A stretch of 64,000 nucleotides of DNA from positions 991,039-1,055,038 of the forward strand of contig NMRA01000070.1 of NCBI GenBank assembly GCA_002633005.1, in the 5' to 3' direction. Made by a program: the position numbers and the translations under genes. This document shows positions 26,551 through 39,790 of the stretch, piece by piece. The notes beneath the pieces are model-generated. The model made no database searches. It was given only the letters and a program-made list of their open reading frames with translations, and was not told the origin of the DNA. Positions within the stretch are counted from its first letter, which is position 1; every line of letters begins with the position of its first letter. Source of the stretch: Phoronis australis (taxonomy: Eukaryota > Animalia > Phoronida).

Positions 26551-27523
26551 CAGTGGCGGATCTAGGATATCACAAGGGGGGGGCAACATTTTGTCTGTAC
26601 ACATTTGCGCAAAGCACGATTGTAGATGCGCATAGCACCGAATGGGGGGAGCTCGGGAGGGGGTTTGCTCCTCCCGCCCAAGAAAATTTTTCTGTTTTTC
26701 CTCTAAAAATCAAGCATTTTCTTTGATTCCTGAAGTATTATCCTAGAAAAAAAGCAAAGGAATAAACAAGGAGAACGTGTCAAAGTTGAAAAACAGCACT
26801 TACCACAAGCTCGAGCTCACGACCTGGCGTATACAGCGCGCGTGGTTTACCACTTCACCACCACAAAGTCACTCGTAATTGATTACTAAAAGACCTACAT
26901 GTACATGTACTTGTTTATGGTCCACAGCGTTTGCGCGCAAAACCTACCCCTTTTTGTAATTCTTATTACAGTTTTTATATTTGTGCAATCGGTTCGTAAC
27001 AAATTTGTTGTATTTAAAATAGTCTTCAATTGCCCAAAAGACCAAATCCGTTTTTTGCGTTGGCATTAATGACGCGATTGCTTTGAAAATCATCTTAAGT
27101 TATGGTTTGACAAAGAAAGAATTATGAGTTTATGAGTGATTCACTAAGGCTTCAATTAAAATTCACATCTTACCAGCAGCTTCTGTTTTTTCATCGTCAA
27201 TCAGATTCCATTTTCTTTAAAAAAATGAAGTAATTTTCTTCGTTGCACAGTGAAGCAGACGACGGAAACGGAGTCGTAGTGCGCAGCGCCACTGCCGGTC
27301 GCCTGGGATATCGCGGGAGAGCCTATACTTAGCCATAGTTCCGTTACGATTTGACACTTGAAATTGGATCTGAGCCCCCCCCCCCCNAACATACAAAAAC
27401 TTCAAACATTTAAATCTTGTTTCAGCCGTATAATGTTAAACTCAACACTTCCTTACGCTCTTACTCTTTATGTTTTGCGGCAGCCATGGGGGGGCATGCC
27501 CCATCCCCTTAAATCCGCCTATG
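26551..27523 (+). mobile_element. hAT-like non-autonomous element (~970 bp), copy 1
   Basis: CAGTGGCGGATCTAG...TAAATCCGCCTATG termini. The left ~430 bp and right ~90 bp match 36358-36690 and 38820-38914. Confidence 0.7.
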
Positions 27524-29145
27524 GTTTTGACCACTTTTTATGGCCGGATAATATTATGCTTAATCCAGTCTCTAAAAATCTAGCAATAGACCAACCTTGA
27601 GGGATTGGAGCCTGATGTAGGTTCAGAAGAGTGGCCAAAATGACAGCCGTTTCACTGGCTAAAGCAAGAACAAAACAGACATACGATCTGTACGCAAAGA
27701 AGTCATTTTCGCTAGTTGTTAAATTGCTTCCTCACCAACCTAATCGCTTTTAAGCAAAAATTGACTTCAAAGCAGACTCTCTCCCTGTTATTAATGCAAC
27801 GATAAAACAAAGGCCTCTTATCTCTGTGCATGTGTGTTCTTTGGCCATAAAAGTGCTAGCGAAACTGTCAGTAGTTTTGGGATTACTCAAACCTCCAACA
27901 CCTACAAAAGTGACCCTTGCGACTGTTCACATTTATATTGGCTGCCAGTACGTGAATAAGAAGCATTGCTTTTAATGTAGTGACATGCCGCTTTCCTGGG
28001 GCTCTAGGGGTAAAAATGCAGATTCCTGAGGAATTGTGTGCAAAAGACAAAACTGGAGAAGTTAACTAGGCACTTGGAGTAAACTGTCAAATTCCTTGCG
28101 ATGGTATTGGTCGATTTTCAATTCGACTCCAGATATGCATGCACATGTACAAGCTCGACCTCCAATGCTTAGAATATTTTGTCTTGCCAAAATAAACAAA
28201 ATTTTACATCAAAAACATATCACGTACGTATCTTGGAATAACACATCAGATTTTAAACTGATGCAAATACTCCTTGAAAATACGTCCGTGATCATACTTT
28301 TTGAAACGTTTCAGTAAATACGCCCATGAGCGTGCTATTGGCTGGGCGTATTTTCTTAAATTCCCGGAATTGTTTGTAATAAAGTGGAAAGATTGACCAT
28401 ATGGTGACTATACGAAGACATGGAGAATAATGTGATGGAATCATTCAATATTGATAAAACATGTTTGAACTCGTAGCTTATTTTTACTTACAGAATTCCG
28501 TCAAATTATGTCAAACTTGGACGAATATCTTGCCAAAATTCTTTGGCAGTTTAGTTTTATGGCAAATAGCGTTTTTGTCGAATTTCGAGGGACGTAATCG
28601 GTTTGAGGGCACCAAAGCGCACTATAAAGATTATCGGTGGCCTTCTTCGAGACAGTTGTTTGACCATGGCTATGAATCAACAAAATCTGCTGATTTTACA
28701 AGAACTCGCCAATTCTTGGTTGGCACTTATTCACTGAACTCGAGGCCAGCTATACATCGTGCAAAGCGTGGGACTGAGGTCGTGAGTTCGTGTCCGTTGT
28801 GGAACTGATCTCAAAAACACTACGTGTCGCCAATTACGTTATTTGAAGTCAGAGTTTAATGCGAAGCTATTGCGCCTAATTGCAAATGGACCATTACTTG
28901 TCAATATTTCGACTAAGTGCGCGGAGCAATCCTTGTCGTGAATTTCCAGAGACATTTATCCAGAACAGAAGCGATTTTTTGTCGAAAACAAATTGATATT
29001 AAGTCGTCATTTTGCACATAGCATTGGGAATTTTCCATTTAGAAAACTACTAACATTCGTTTGTGTCGACAACAAGATAGAATCTGTACTCTTGTAAGGC
29101 TGTAATGGAGTGTGACTCTAATTATTTTAATTAATATATTTGCAG

Positions 29146-30575
29146 ATCAGTCACGCTTGGAAAAGTTAATGAAAGCAGCTGAAAACCAGACAGGCCTCAG
29201 AGCAATCTGCTCTTACTTTCACAGGAGCAAATCACCGTCTTATTTCAACACAAGTACCTTACCTGTCATAAAGAAAGATCAAGGGGGCGATCCTCTATGT
29301 CCAATAAACAACAGACTGTCAGGCGTCTACTTCAAGGCAAATAACATAACAGATGGCTCGAGTTTACCCTTAAAATCTCCATTCGGAACAAAACAACTAG
29401 CCATTCCACCCCAGTATTTCTTTAAGAACCCCTGCAACCTTTATTTCGCAGATTTTTTCTGTGGTAATCCAGGAAAACCACATTATGTTACTTTAGTTAT
29501 GACTCTGGCAAAATCCAGCAGCGACGAATTTTGCAAAGGTAACCTCCTTCAATTAGACGTTACAAAAAATCCGTTTTTATGGGTAGACGTGGCGATGCAG
29601 CAAGTGTGTACTACACGTTCTGTGTGGATTGAAGTTTTTTACACAGAAGAAATCGATCTCCAAGACGCATTAAACAACGGTGGAGTTTTGATAGACATTG
29701 AGGCTATTGGAAAGGGAAGCTCTACTTTGGGCGGTAAGCGAAAACTACCAACTTGTACAACATGCAATGTTGAGGGGTCTTTAGACAAAGACAAGGTATG
29801 CCGAATGAATAACAGCAAAATATTTCTACTTACGAATGATGCGTTGAAAGAGTATAGTGTTCCGAGCAGCAGTAGAGTGTCAGACAATGATATCTATTGC
29901 TCCGATGCGGAAGATGCAAGTAGCGACAGAATCTCGCTTGACAGCTTCGATTTAGATCACACAGAAGACGATGCTCCGTGCACAGATGACAGCTTTGAAT
30001 ACCTTGACTCTGATGAAAATAACGACTCTGACGACGACTTTTCCTTTGTTTCTTGCAAACGTTTTAGTGGAAACTATAATAGTCTTGGTGGCACCGGAAG
30101 ATACATGTATAACCGTACAATATTACGTGACAGTGACAGAAATTGCTTCACCGAAGCCAAAGTAGATGACTACAGGAACATTTCTTTAAACAAACTGAAA
30201 ACGGACCAAGCGGAAGTGTCGAGCGAAGATATGCATGTAAAGGTGTGCAACCGAAGCTACCTGAACCACAATGCCGACGCAGTCGAGAATGACCGTCAAT
30301 TTAAGGAACATTCGACAAGCAACAGCAATGCAGAATGTACGGTGGTACACGATACAGCAAAATTTGAAGTCGGTCATTCCGAAATTTTAGATGCGCCTGA
30401 AGGTAAGACTACTACTGTCGCTTCAGACGAGGTCAAGAAGAAAGAGTTTGCAACAGAAGTCCTATCTGTACACAAAACAGCTTGCGAAACTGTGCCAGAT
30501 GCCAGTAAAGTCACTTCAAAAAGAAAATTTGAACAAGACGTTGGTGAAAAGGGAACAAAGGTCATGAAAGTTTAG
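29146..30575 (+). CDS. Terminal exon of a PHYHIP/PHYHIPL-like protein (PHYHIP C-terminal domain) with a long acidic low-complexity tail
   Basis: TTTGCAG acceptor at 29145 (phase 1). Motifs YFHRSKSPSYF, KDQGGDP.CPINNRLSGVYF, SPFG, NLYFADFFC, HYVTLV, DEFC, NPFL and EVFYTEEIDL match the PHYHIP_C pattern (KDNSG..SPISG.L.GIFF, SPYG, NLYFGDFYC, HYVILV, DEFC, EVIYT). A D/S-rich C-terminus follows. Confidence 0.85.
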
Positions 30576-31559
30576 AATCTTCAAAAAAATAACCAAATTG
30601 ACATTATATATTTCAAAGCTGTATTGCAGTATGGGTTTTTCATAAAGCAGAAACATTTAAAGCCCAATGCAGTGCCGTCTTTGAAAACCATTGTTTTGAT
30701 TCATGTTTTTGGGAAAACCCCATTACTTTGATCTCTTTATACGTCGAGTTAGCGTTCCTAGTAAAACCTGATAAAAGATCACGTTCCGGATGGAACTCAT
30801 TAATTGGTTAAAAGGATACCGGTTTTGGCCTATTAACAGAATCTGATACTAAAAACGACTCTAGCATTCAGTTCTCTGAAGCAAATTGATGCTCTGTAAT
30901 CCCCGACATACACCAAAACTATGGAGGGAAATTTGAAACCTCCTTTCAAAATCTGTTAAACTTGCTAGCGTGACCTAAGCTTTTAACGAATTACAATAAC
31001 GGCTAAGGTTGGAAAAGACCATCCACCAAGGAACATAATTTCCAATCTGTGAAATAGCGAGCACGAGTTTTTAGTTGATTCTTACATGTAATTTCAACGT
31101 ACAGGATTGACGCCAATGATGCATTAGCAGGCGACAGAACAAGGACTGGTTGAAATCATCAATACAGGGTTTAGTATTCTTTTAAGGAAAAAATTCACCG
31201 AAGCTAACCAGAATTATTACTCTATTTAGTGTTGTGTGATAACGGAATGATATTTAGGCAGCGCGCAGCTGAACAACGTGGACGTTCGAGGCAATATTTT
31301 GTATTGACATGGTTTATTTAACGTCCCCGTATTACATGTATATTTCCGGTTCACGGTGTATTGCATTATTAACCAACGGACTGAACTGTGTGTGTGTAAA
31401 CATACAAAGCTACCCCATCCAGCTATTGTGCTGCTAAAAGGCATCAAGTATTGTAAATCCATAACACGATTCGATTTGTTATGAGCAAGCAATTTTCGCG
31501 TGTATGACAAAGCAGGGCGATTGAAATATAATTCTTTAAGGAGAATGCCACAAAAAATC

Positions 31560-32010
31560 AATGAACGTATTTTGTATCAATTTAGATCGAGTATTAGCGC
31601 TCAAAAACAGCAAGTTCAGTGCATTTACATGTACCTCACAACAGACGGCCGACGGAGGTGCTGAAATTAACCAATGACATAACCGGACAGCTCAGCAGTT
31701 CACTTGTCTCAGCTTATTGCCTGAATTCCCCGTTTTACACCAGTAAATCGTCAAAAGTCGATGTAAAACCCTTACAAATACATTGAGTTTTTAAACAAAT
31801 GAGTCGTTTTATTTCGTTGTTTTGGTTTATAGAAATTTTGATCGTACCGTAGCCTACAAAGCTCGGTAGGCCAACTTACCGAAGTCGGTAGCGGGAAGTT
31901 TGAAGTCTTGTCGGCGATAAACTAAAATTATTCTTCCTTGAAATACAGACAGGAGAGCAAAGCCGTGTGTTATATTTTCAGACTTGCGATTTTTTTTAGT
32001 TCTAAATACA
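31560..32010 (+). repeat. Interspersed repeat, direct copy of 48760-49200
   Basis: Shared TTTGTATCAATTTAGATCGAGTA...GACGGAGGTG...AAATACA..GAGTT...TTTTTTTAGTTCTAAA. Confidence 0.75.
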
Positions 32011-32293
32011 TAACGTTCGTTATAACCCAGTGGCTCGGAACCCGATCAGGCCCATCGCGGCCGGACTGGAGACATTACGAACATAAACCAGCCGGGTTAG
32101 TCGGCTGTGAAAGTTAAAAACTAAACTTCCAGCCACGAAAAGACTAGACTAGAGAACCAAAGAAATGACGTGCACGTGAATATTTTGGGTGAATTCGCCG
32201 CGAAATTGCAAATCTACTTACTCGTCAGGGGCCGCGAAGCGAAGTTCCCCTTCCACAGAACCGCACAGGGAAAAGGGGTAGAATAACAATGAT

Positions 32294-32297
<4 letters not shown>

Positions 32298-32369
<72 letters not shown>
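32298..32369. repeat. (TA)n microsatellite
   Basis: About 35 uninterrupted TA units. Confidence 0.98.
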
Positions 32370-32372
<3 letters not shown>

Positions 32373-33239
32373 TGTATGTATATATGCATATACATATGAA
32401 AAAATACCTTTAAAAATCTGACCATAGCGTATAAAATCGAGTTTTAGTTTCACAATAGCTTTCTGTCAGCAAACACTGAATTAGCATGCGCTCACACGGC
32501 GGTAAATTAGTTTTATTTCATCTGAAGCCGGTAACGCTGTACGATTTATTTATTATTGATTTCCTTGCGCGAACCAAGCCTATTATATAGGGGCTCGGTA
32601 TGTGGACTTTTTACTGAAAAATGAAAACGGAGACTAAAAAACTACGAGGTACTAGGTTCAGGCCTACATGTACACTGTATGTATTGAGCATTCGCGCCGA
32701 TTTCCTGTGGACTTTTGTCTCATTTTCTAGAACTTTTTTCTGAGGCGGACCTTTTTGCCCACTTAGCCAAATGGGGGACGGGTTCGTTCAAGCCCTCACG
32801 AACAGGGTTTGGTTTGACGGTTTTATAATCATAGCAAGATCATAGGTCCGAATATTTGTCAGACTTTCATGCCATTTTTTACACATTTTAAAACCAAGTA
32901 TTCTACCTTTGAACACAAAATAGGAAATAAAAATAAGACACTTATAGATTGCTATCGAGGTGTTTTAGCAATGTGCATTTGTATAAACACAAATTTTTAA
33001 GAGCTCGTGATCACATTCGCAATTATAGAAGCACGATACTTTCGGACTTTTTATATATACAGGTAGCAAAATCTGATATTTCTTGTGCTCTATGATGATA
33101 TGATGAGCATGCGCGAGACATGCAAGTGCACTTAAGCTCTACATGTAACTTTTCGGTTTCGTGATTTCAAATTTTGTCAAGCCACAGTGCCGAGTTATTA
33201 TTAGCGGATCTGTTTCAGATGACTGTAGTAACAGCCGAG

Positions 33240-33310
33240 ATTACCCGACCCGGGAATCGAACCAGCGACCCCCATAAAACCGGCAAGCGTGCTAACCATT
33301 CAGCTAATAG
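33240..33310 (-). repeat. tRNA-derived SINE head (A/B-box-like)
   Basis: The minus strand reads TTAGCTGAATGGTTAGCACG...GGTCGCTGGTTCGATTCCCGGGTCGG. No complete cloverleaf is evident. Confidence 0.6.
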
Positions 33311-33589
33311 GCGAGTGGCTAGCAGTGGCTCATATATGATTCACCGGAAGCACGTCTACAACATGACTAACAAAAAGTGGGATAAAGCCAACCAATCACG
33401 AATCGCATCGCGACCACTGACAAATCAGAAAGAATATGATTGGTTCCATTGTGCACACCCCCAGCATCTGGCGTAGCATATTTTCATGTAACAATGGAAA
33501 TGTTGCAATTACTGTAACTGTACAGAGCTGTCTTCTTACCATGCTAAGCCTTAATAGCTCATTTGCGAGTTTCTCGTTAGTCAATGTGA

Positions 33590-34690
33590 CGTCACCGGAA
33601 GAGGGGCAAAACCCGCCATATTGCTCTTGTTTTGCCCGAGTCTTTGCTACACACGCTAAATCTTACTGGAGTTCTTATGGTGAATTTTACGCTTAAAACG
33701 TTAAAACAACTTTAGAGATGGTAGATGGATCGTGGAATAACTGTGAATGGACGAAGAAAATGTGAACTTGTTATGTTGTGCGAAGGTGTGAACGGACTGA
33801 AATTGGAACTCAACCCGGTCTAGGCCTTGCCGCAGGGGCGATAGTGTATCCCCATAAAAAGTTCCTCACTTCAAAATACAGCAAATAAAATCAAATGAAA
33901 CATGCATATGTGCACATGGAGTTATAATTAACACATACTCTGACTCTGGATACAATTTAGTCTACAAATAACTTGAACATATCCATGAAAACCTCGCGGT
34001 TCGCTCGAGTCTCTCTCACGGGACGCCATTTTGAGGAAGTTACGTGAAATCACGCCTGTTGACGAAAAAAAGTCCAAGGGAGACAAATCTTACAAATTTC
34101 ACTTGATATTTTCTCAGAGTCATGCTATTTTGCAAGTGTCACGCGCCAGGTCTCGCACTTCGCTCAGTCTCGCGCTAGCCTTTGCCTCATACTCCCCTGA
34201 CTCAGTTGAAATACTTAGTGGTTATCGGGCGCGCGGTCAAAGTTAACAGTAGGCTACCCACAAAGTGGAGTTGGAATTCTTCGCCAAAGTCATCTGAATT
34301 CCCGTAGCTATGCTTTATCGAAGATATGTTTAGAAGCAGAAAGGATCACTGAAGGAAGTAAGCGCAGTTTTATGTGATAATTTTCGGTGTAGAATGTATT
34401 TTTGACGAGGTGAAAACTTATCAGTGAGCGGATTTCGCCTACCTCCCGTTTAAAATACACGGGACGAAATTAGCACAGAACGCGATAGAACGTATTGTAG
34501 TGCGAATCTGAATTTCATTAGCCATAACAGCAATGATTTTTTGGCATTTTTCGAACTAAACGGCTAAAAACTCGAAGAAAATAACAGAATAAACTCTGCT
34601 ACCGTATTGGGCAGATGGCCAAACGACAAGCTATTGCCCCACTTCCCGTGATGTCACAGTTGAGTCTCACATAATCTCGCGTTATTGTTA
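33590..34690 (+). repeat. Interspersed repeat; empty-site version of the element disrupted by P-like copy B
   Basis: 33590-34052 matches 63120-62653 (inverted) and 34045-34690 matches 55694-55180 (inverted). Confidence 0.8.
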
Positions 34691-36687
34691 TAAACTCGCA
34701 AAAGGACTATTCTCTCAAAAGTTTGGAGCATAATTTGAAACTCCCATACAATCACTATTTTTACTTCTTTTATGCATGTATCAATGCCTCTTGTGTTCTC
34801 TCACCCTTCCAAGCGTAATTTTTTCGTCCAGTTTATCGCTGTGGCCAGAACCTAGGAATTATGGGCCCTGCCCTTCAGATACTATTTGTATGTTCTTAAA
34901 ATAAACCTATGTACTCTATTAGTTTTCAATATCACCCACAGTACGCCACGCTAGTTAATTTGTGAATAGATGGGTTGGCCACGCTTAGTAGGCGTTGCGG
35001 TAACAAAACTCCATAATTGTATAGCATGAATGTAGAAAGGTAGGGGGCACATCATGCGCAAAAGCAATCTGCAAGCCACAAAAGCCCTTTGACTGTTTGA
35101 GTGCATGAGAAGAATTTTCAAGGGAGTATCTTACGTAACAACAGATACTTGCATAACTCTGAAGGTGAATTGCTTACCGATTGTGAATGGATAGAATCGA
35201 TTTTGCATTGCTGCATTCGACAGGGCTTCGGCTACACGTTGATTCCAAACGCAAACGTGTGACGGGGTCGGCATTAGTTGTAATTACCGTGACACAATAT
35301 TTACTTAGGTTTTCCAGTGGATGTGACTACGTGGAAGCAGCTGATCTTGGGTAAGTGCATAACGTGAGCTTTACTTGCTGATATATCGTAAAATATCCTT
35401 AAATTTATGCAACTTGATATTGATTTCAGAAATTTTATGGAATCCAGGAGATGGTTTAGGTTAATTCAAGTGTCTTACTGTTTCGTTAATGTTTGAAAAA
35501 TGACCTTTGTTCTTGGCGTTGCTGATTTTCCTCAGGAAAGCCACAATACCTAATTTTACGTGGTATTGGATGGCACTCATATTTTATGCCAAAAACCTCA
35601 GTTTCAGTAACGTTTTACTATAGCAGACGAGAGGAATATTTTGGTAAGAAATTTTCAAAGCAAACAGAAGTACTTGAGTGTTCGTCAATATTAAACACAC
35701 TTTTCCTGTTTTTTGTCCATCTCGAAATTGCATATCTGGTCGGATATTGATTTAAGTGACTGGGGACAGAATGTTGTGAAGTTACCCTTGTCGTATAGCT
35801 TTGGTCTCTCCCTCGGTCGCCCTGCTCGGGCGCCACCTATCCTTCCCAGTCTGTTGGAATGTGTTTATGACAGTTCTTCATGGTTTATTAGTTTAGATAT
35901 TTCCTTGTACATATTAAGTTTAAAGTTATCTATTATTGAGTGAAAACATTCTTGGAACATCTACTTAATTCATCATGGAATAGATCTTAGTTCATTACAT
36001 TTGTTTATGTTTCATTTCCTTGCTTTCTGTAGATTTCAGTTGACTTGTTAGAGCCTTTGTTATACATGTTATATTAGACTAGCCTTTACCCGTGCTTTCG
36101 CACGGAACGGCTAGTGGGAAACGCCAAGGGAGGTAAATACATGTAAGTCAGTAGGCCTACACCTAAGAGTGAACCGTGTGTTCATCGCAAGAGATAGGAA
36201 TACTTCTTGAAGAGACCGTGATCTAAGCTTCAAGCAGAATTTCTGTCACTATCAGATTTTAGTAGGCGAGGTGTGCGCCTGCGGGATTCTTTCCCTAAGC
36301 AGTACAAATTTTTTCCACTGAGAACATTTGACCCTGCCGTAACGCAAAGTACTGTAACACTGGCGGATCTAAGATATCACAAGGGGGGGCAGAATTTTGT
36401 CGGTAAACATTTGCGCATAGCACGATTGTAGATGCACATATCAGGAATTTTTTTGTTTTTTCCTCTAAAAATCAAGCATTTTCCTTGATTCCTGAAGTAT
36501 TATCAAAGAAAACAGGCAAACGAAAAATTGCAAATATCACACTCGAACTCACGACGTGGCGGACACATCGCGCGGGCTTTACCAATGCACCACCACGACT
36601 TCACTCGCATATCGATTCTAAGAGACCTACTTGTTTATGGTCCACTTTTGCGCGAGAAACCTACTTCTTTTTGTAATATTTATTACA

Positions 36688-37474
36688 CTTTTTATGCGCC
36701 CACATATTTATATGTGGATGCATTATGCCGTCATCTCCGTCCGTCCGTCCGTCTGTCTGTCCGGCGTCCGCTGCTCTATCTCCAAAACGCCTTGACACAT
36801 GTTCATGAAATTTTACACATAGGTTTCATTCATGAATGGGGCGGCATGAGCGAACTTTCGGAAGGACCCGACTACCGGTGTGCCCCCTAGTGGCAATTTT
36901 ACTTTTTTACGCTTACCTTTGTATCTTCAAAGTCCTGAACGGAAATTTGGTATGTAGGCACCTATTAGTGAGATGACGCTATCCGCTCGTTTTTGGATGG
37001 ATTTGACCTAGTTTGCGCCACCTAGTGGCCATTTTTACTGTTTTCGAGACCGTTTTTTTTTTGCGTCCACCCCGCTGTCAACCAAACCGCTGAAAGGATG
37101 ATTGTAAAAATTGGCATGTACATGTATGTGCTTACTATGAAGAGGACGGTTGACGATGATTTTCCGACGATTTCGACAACTGTGGCGCCTCCTAGTGGCA
37201 GTTTTGTTGTTTTTGCGACAATGACTGTATCTCCTAAACCGTTAGCAGGATCTTTACAAAATTTATTAAGTATATTTATGTGATGTTAACAACGGACGAC
37301 GACAACCTTTGGACACATCCGACTACCGGTGTGCCCCCTAGTGGCAATCTACGTTTAACTCAGGATCTTCAAAAGATCCTCAACAGATTTTCATATTTTT
37401 TTTAATGTAGGCATCTATTGGTGTGATGACGCTATCTTCTTGTTTTCGGATGGAATTGAGGTATTTTGCACCAC
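36688..37474 (+). mobile_element. Helentron/DINE-1-like non-autonomous element with tandem subunits (copy 1)
   Basis: T-rich start, subterminal hairpin GCGCCCACATA..TATGTGG, (CCGT)n/(CTGT)n microsatellite, then repeated units containing CCCCTAGTGGC. Inverted copy at 53780-54828. Confidence 0.7.
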
Positions 37475-37478
37475 CTAA

Positions 37479-38805
37479 AGGCGAAGGCAACCTTTTTTCA
37501 TGTCACTTTTAGCAAAACTAATGTCGTTGATTATCTCAGACACATTTTTCACTTAATTACAGCTTTTCGTAATTTAATTATTTTCGCGTCCTCTACTCCG
37601 GAAGTTTTGGGAGGCAAGAGTTTCGCGCCAATTTCTTTCCATTATAGGCTGACTGAGAGCTGTCGCGTCAGTCATTAGTCTACCTCGGTTGTGATAAGTT
37701 CGGTCGTATTTTGCTTTTGTTTACAAGTCAGTCAACATTCCACGCTGTTGCTAGGTTTTATCATTATCGTCTCACACGCGCTTGTGGGTACATTGCGTCG
37801 CTTTCCGAAGGATGACACACTTCGCCGTACTTGGCTAGCTCGTTCATGTGAAGAACGCAGCGCTACGCGTCCACGCAACGTACAAAGCAGTGGAGGGTTA
37901 CCGAGTGTGTGGCAAGCATTTTCTGCCGTCAGACTATGACAGAGACATGTACGCTGAATTGATGAAGGTCCCTGCGAAACAACGCCTGAAGAAGGGTATC
38001 ATACTGTCGCTGTTGATTCCCGGCAGTGCCCCGTCGTCAACCCCGTGAAGTGCGTTTTTGAAGCGAGAAGCCTCGCGAGCTGTGGCCATTATATACAGTG
38101 ACTAGTGGCACTTCATCTACTGTCACCCGTGCCTCCGAACGTACCCCATTGCGTGCAATTCCCGGAACTAGCAGTGATTCGCCCTGTGCTGTTGTCTCTA
38201 GTCCAGAGCTTGTAAGCAGCCCTGCAGCGATGTTGAGTAGTGGGAGTGAATACAGGCCCAGTTCGACACCCAGTGAAGAGGACAGTTCGTCATCCAATAA
38301 ACAGATCGGTGAGCCTAAGTTTGATAAGTTTATTGTGGACTTGTATTGGAGCTATTTGAAAGGTGCCAGGTATGTGGCGAGTGAGTCACACGGCGGGATG
38401 TAGGCCTAAGCAGTTTGGGTGCTCAGATTAGCCTCCAGTGGAAGTGTGTCGCGGGACACTCGGGCAAGTGGGACAGTTCCTCCTCTGAACGTGAGACGAT
38501 AATGAGTACACCCCAGTACGCAGCAACAGCGCGGTACATGTATGTTGACTGACTCGTAAGCAAAAGCAAATGACGACCGAACTTATCACAACCGAGGTAG
38601 AATAATGACTGACTCGACTGCTCTCACAGTCGGACTATAAGAAAAGAATGGCGCGAAATTCTTGCCTCCCCAAACGTCACTTCCGGTGTAGACGACGAGT
38701 ATTCAATTAAATTACGAAAAGCACTAAATAAGTGAAAAATATGTCTGGGATAATCAACGAACCTTATTTTTGCTAAAAATGACATGAAAAAGGTTGCCTT
38801 CGCCT
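37479..38805 (+). mobile_element. Internally deleted Kolobok transposon with THAP and transposase N-terminal remnants
   Basis: ~250-bp TIRs starting AGGCGAAGGCAACC, with CTAA/TTAA flanks. Frameshifted THAP (RFPKDDTLRRTWL / RVCGKHFLPSDY...RLKKG) and a CQVC...WKCVAGHSGKWDS motif. Confidence 0.85.
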
Positions 38806-39642
38806 TTAATTACAGGGGTTAATTAATAAACTCAACATTTCCCTACGCTCTTGCTGTTTTATTTTTTGCGGTAGCCAAGGGGGGCAGCCCCCCCCCCCCC
38901 TAAATCCGCCTATGTGATATCAGACATTACTCTTTTAATGTGAAAACTAAGAATGTATTTAAAATATCGTATAGCACACAAAGTGTATAGATGTATTTAC
39001 AAAAGTTGCATCATAAATGTACATACTGAGGTAGAAAGCCAGCTAGCTGTATAAAGACTATCGTCAACATACAGCTAGGTAGCCGCGTGTAGACTGCTCC
39101 GTCGGACACCGAAATTTCACTGACATAATCCAGGTGCTCAGCTCGTCACGTCGTCGTGAAACTTAGAGCTAACAACCTGCAGGGGTGCATCTGGGAATGA
39201 ACCGACATTCACCTTGCTTGTTACAGCCGTTGATAGTGGTAATTCTCCGCCTTTTGTAACGAAGGAAAATCTGTCGTCGTTTTGAAAACAGTGCTTACTC
39301 GTGACACGCGCACGTTCCCGCCATTTCCTAAAATTTTGCGATATCTCTCGAGAGTTTATTCTGAAATTGGGCTTTCTGGTATTAAAATAGTAAAAACTTG
39401 GAACGAAATGAAACCACTTTCGATTTTTACATGTACGCAACCTCACAGTTGATTGAAGATCATGGAAATTGGCCAATAGGTGACGCAATGGCAATTACCA
39501 GCAATACGTAAACTAGGTCATCCGCCATGAAGTTCTCTGAGTAAGCTAGGTCATCGCTTATGCACCAGTCAGCGCTTCAGACTCTGCGTGTCCAATGGAG
39601 AGAAGCACCAAAAAGGTTGTTCTTGATTTTTTGGCTCAAAGT

Positions 39643-39790
39643 CAGTGGCGAATTTAGAGGGGGGCCAAGGCGGCCTTGGCCCCCTAAAATTCTACCAGTT
39701 TACGCTGGGGAGTGCGAACGTCTGTCGGGCAAACTCCTGGCTAATACTCTGCCATGCCCCCCACAACTCAAAATCCTGGATCCGCCCCTA
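39643..39790. mobile_element. hAT-like MITE (copy 2, inverted relative to 11136-11300)
   Basis: CAGTGGCGAATTTAGAGGGGGG...AAAATCCTGGATCCGCCC. Confidence 0.65.

Larger units (their letters stand above)
36358..38914 (+). mobile_element. hAT-like element copy 2, with nested Helentron-like and Kolobok insertions
   Basis: Its ends are homologous to 26551-27523. Confidence 0.65.

Noticed and set aside
32214-32453. YIYIYI ORFs
   Set aside because: Translation of the (TA)n microsatellite.
33240-33310. Candidate tRNA genes here and at 26800-26860 and 61005-61078
   Set aside because: A/B boxes are present but the acceptor and anticodon stems do not pair properly. They are treated as SINE-derived.
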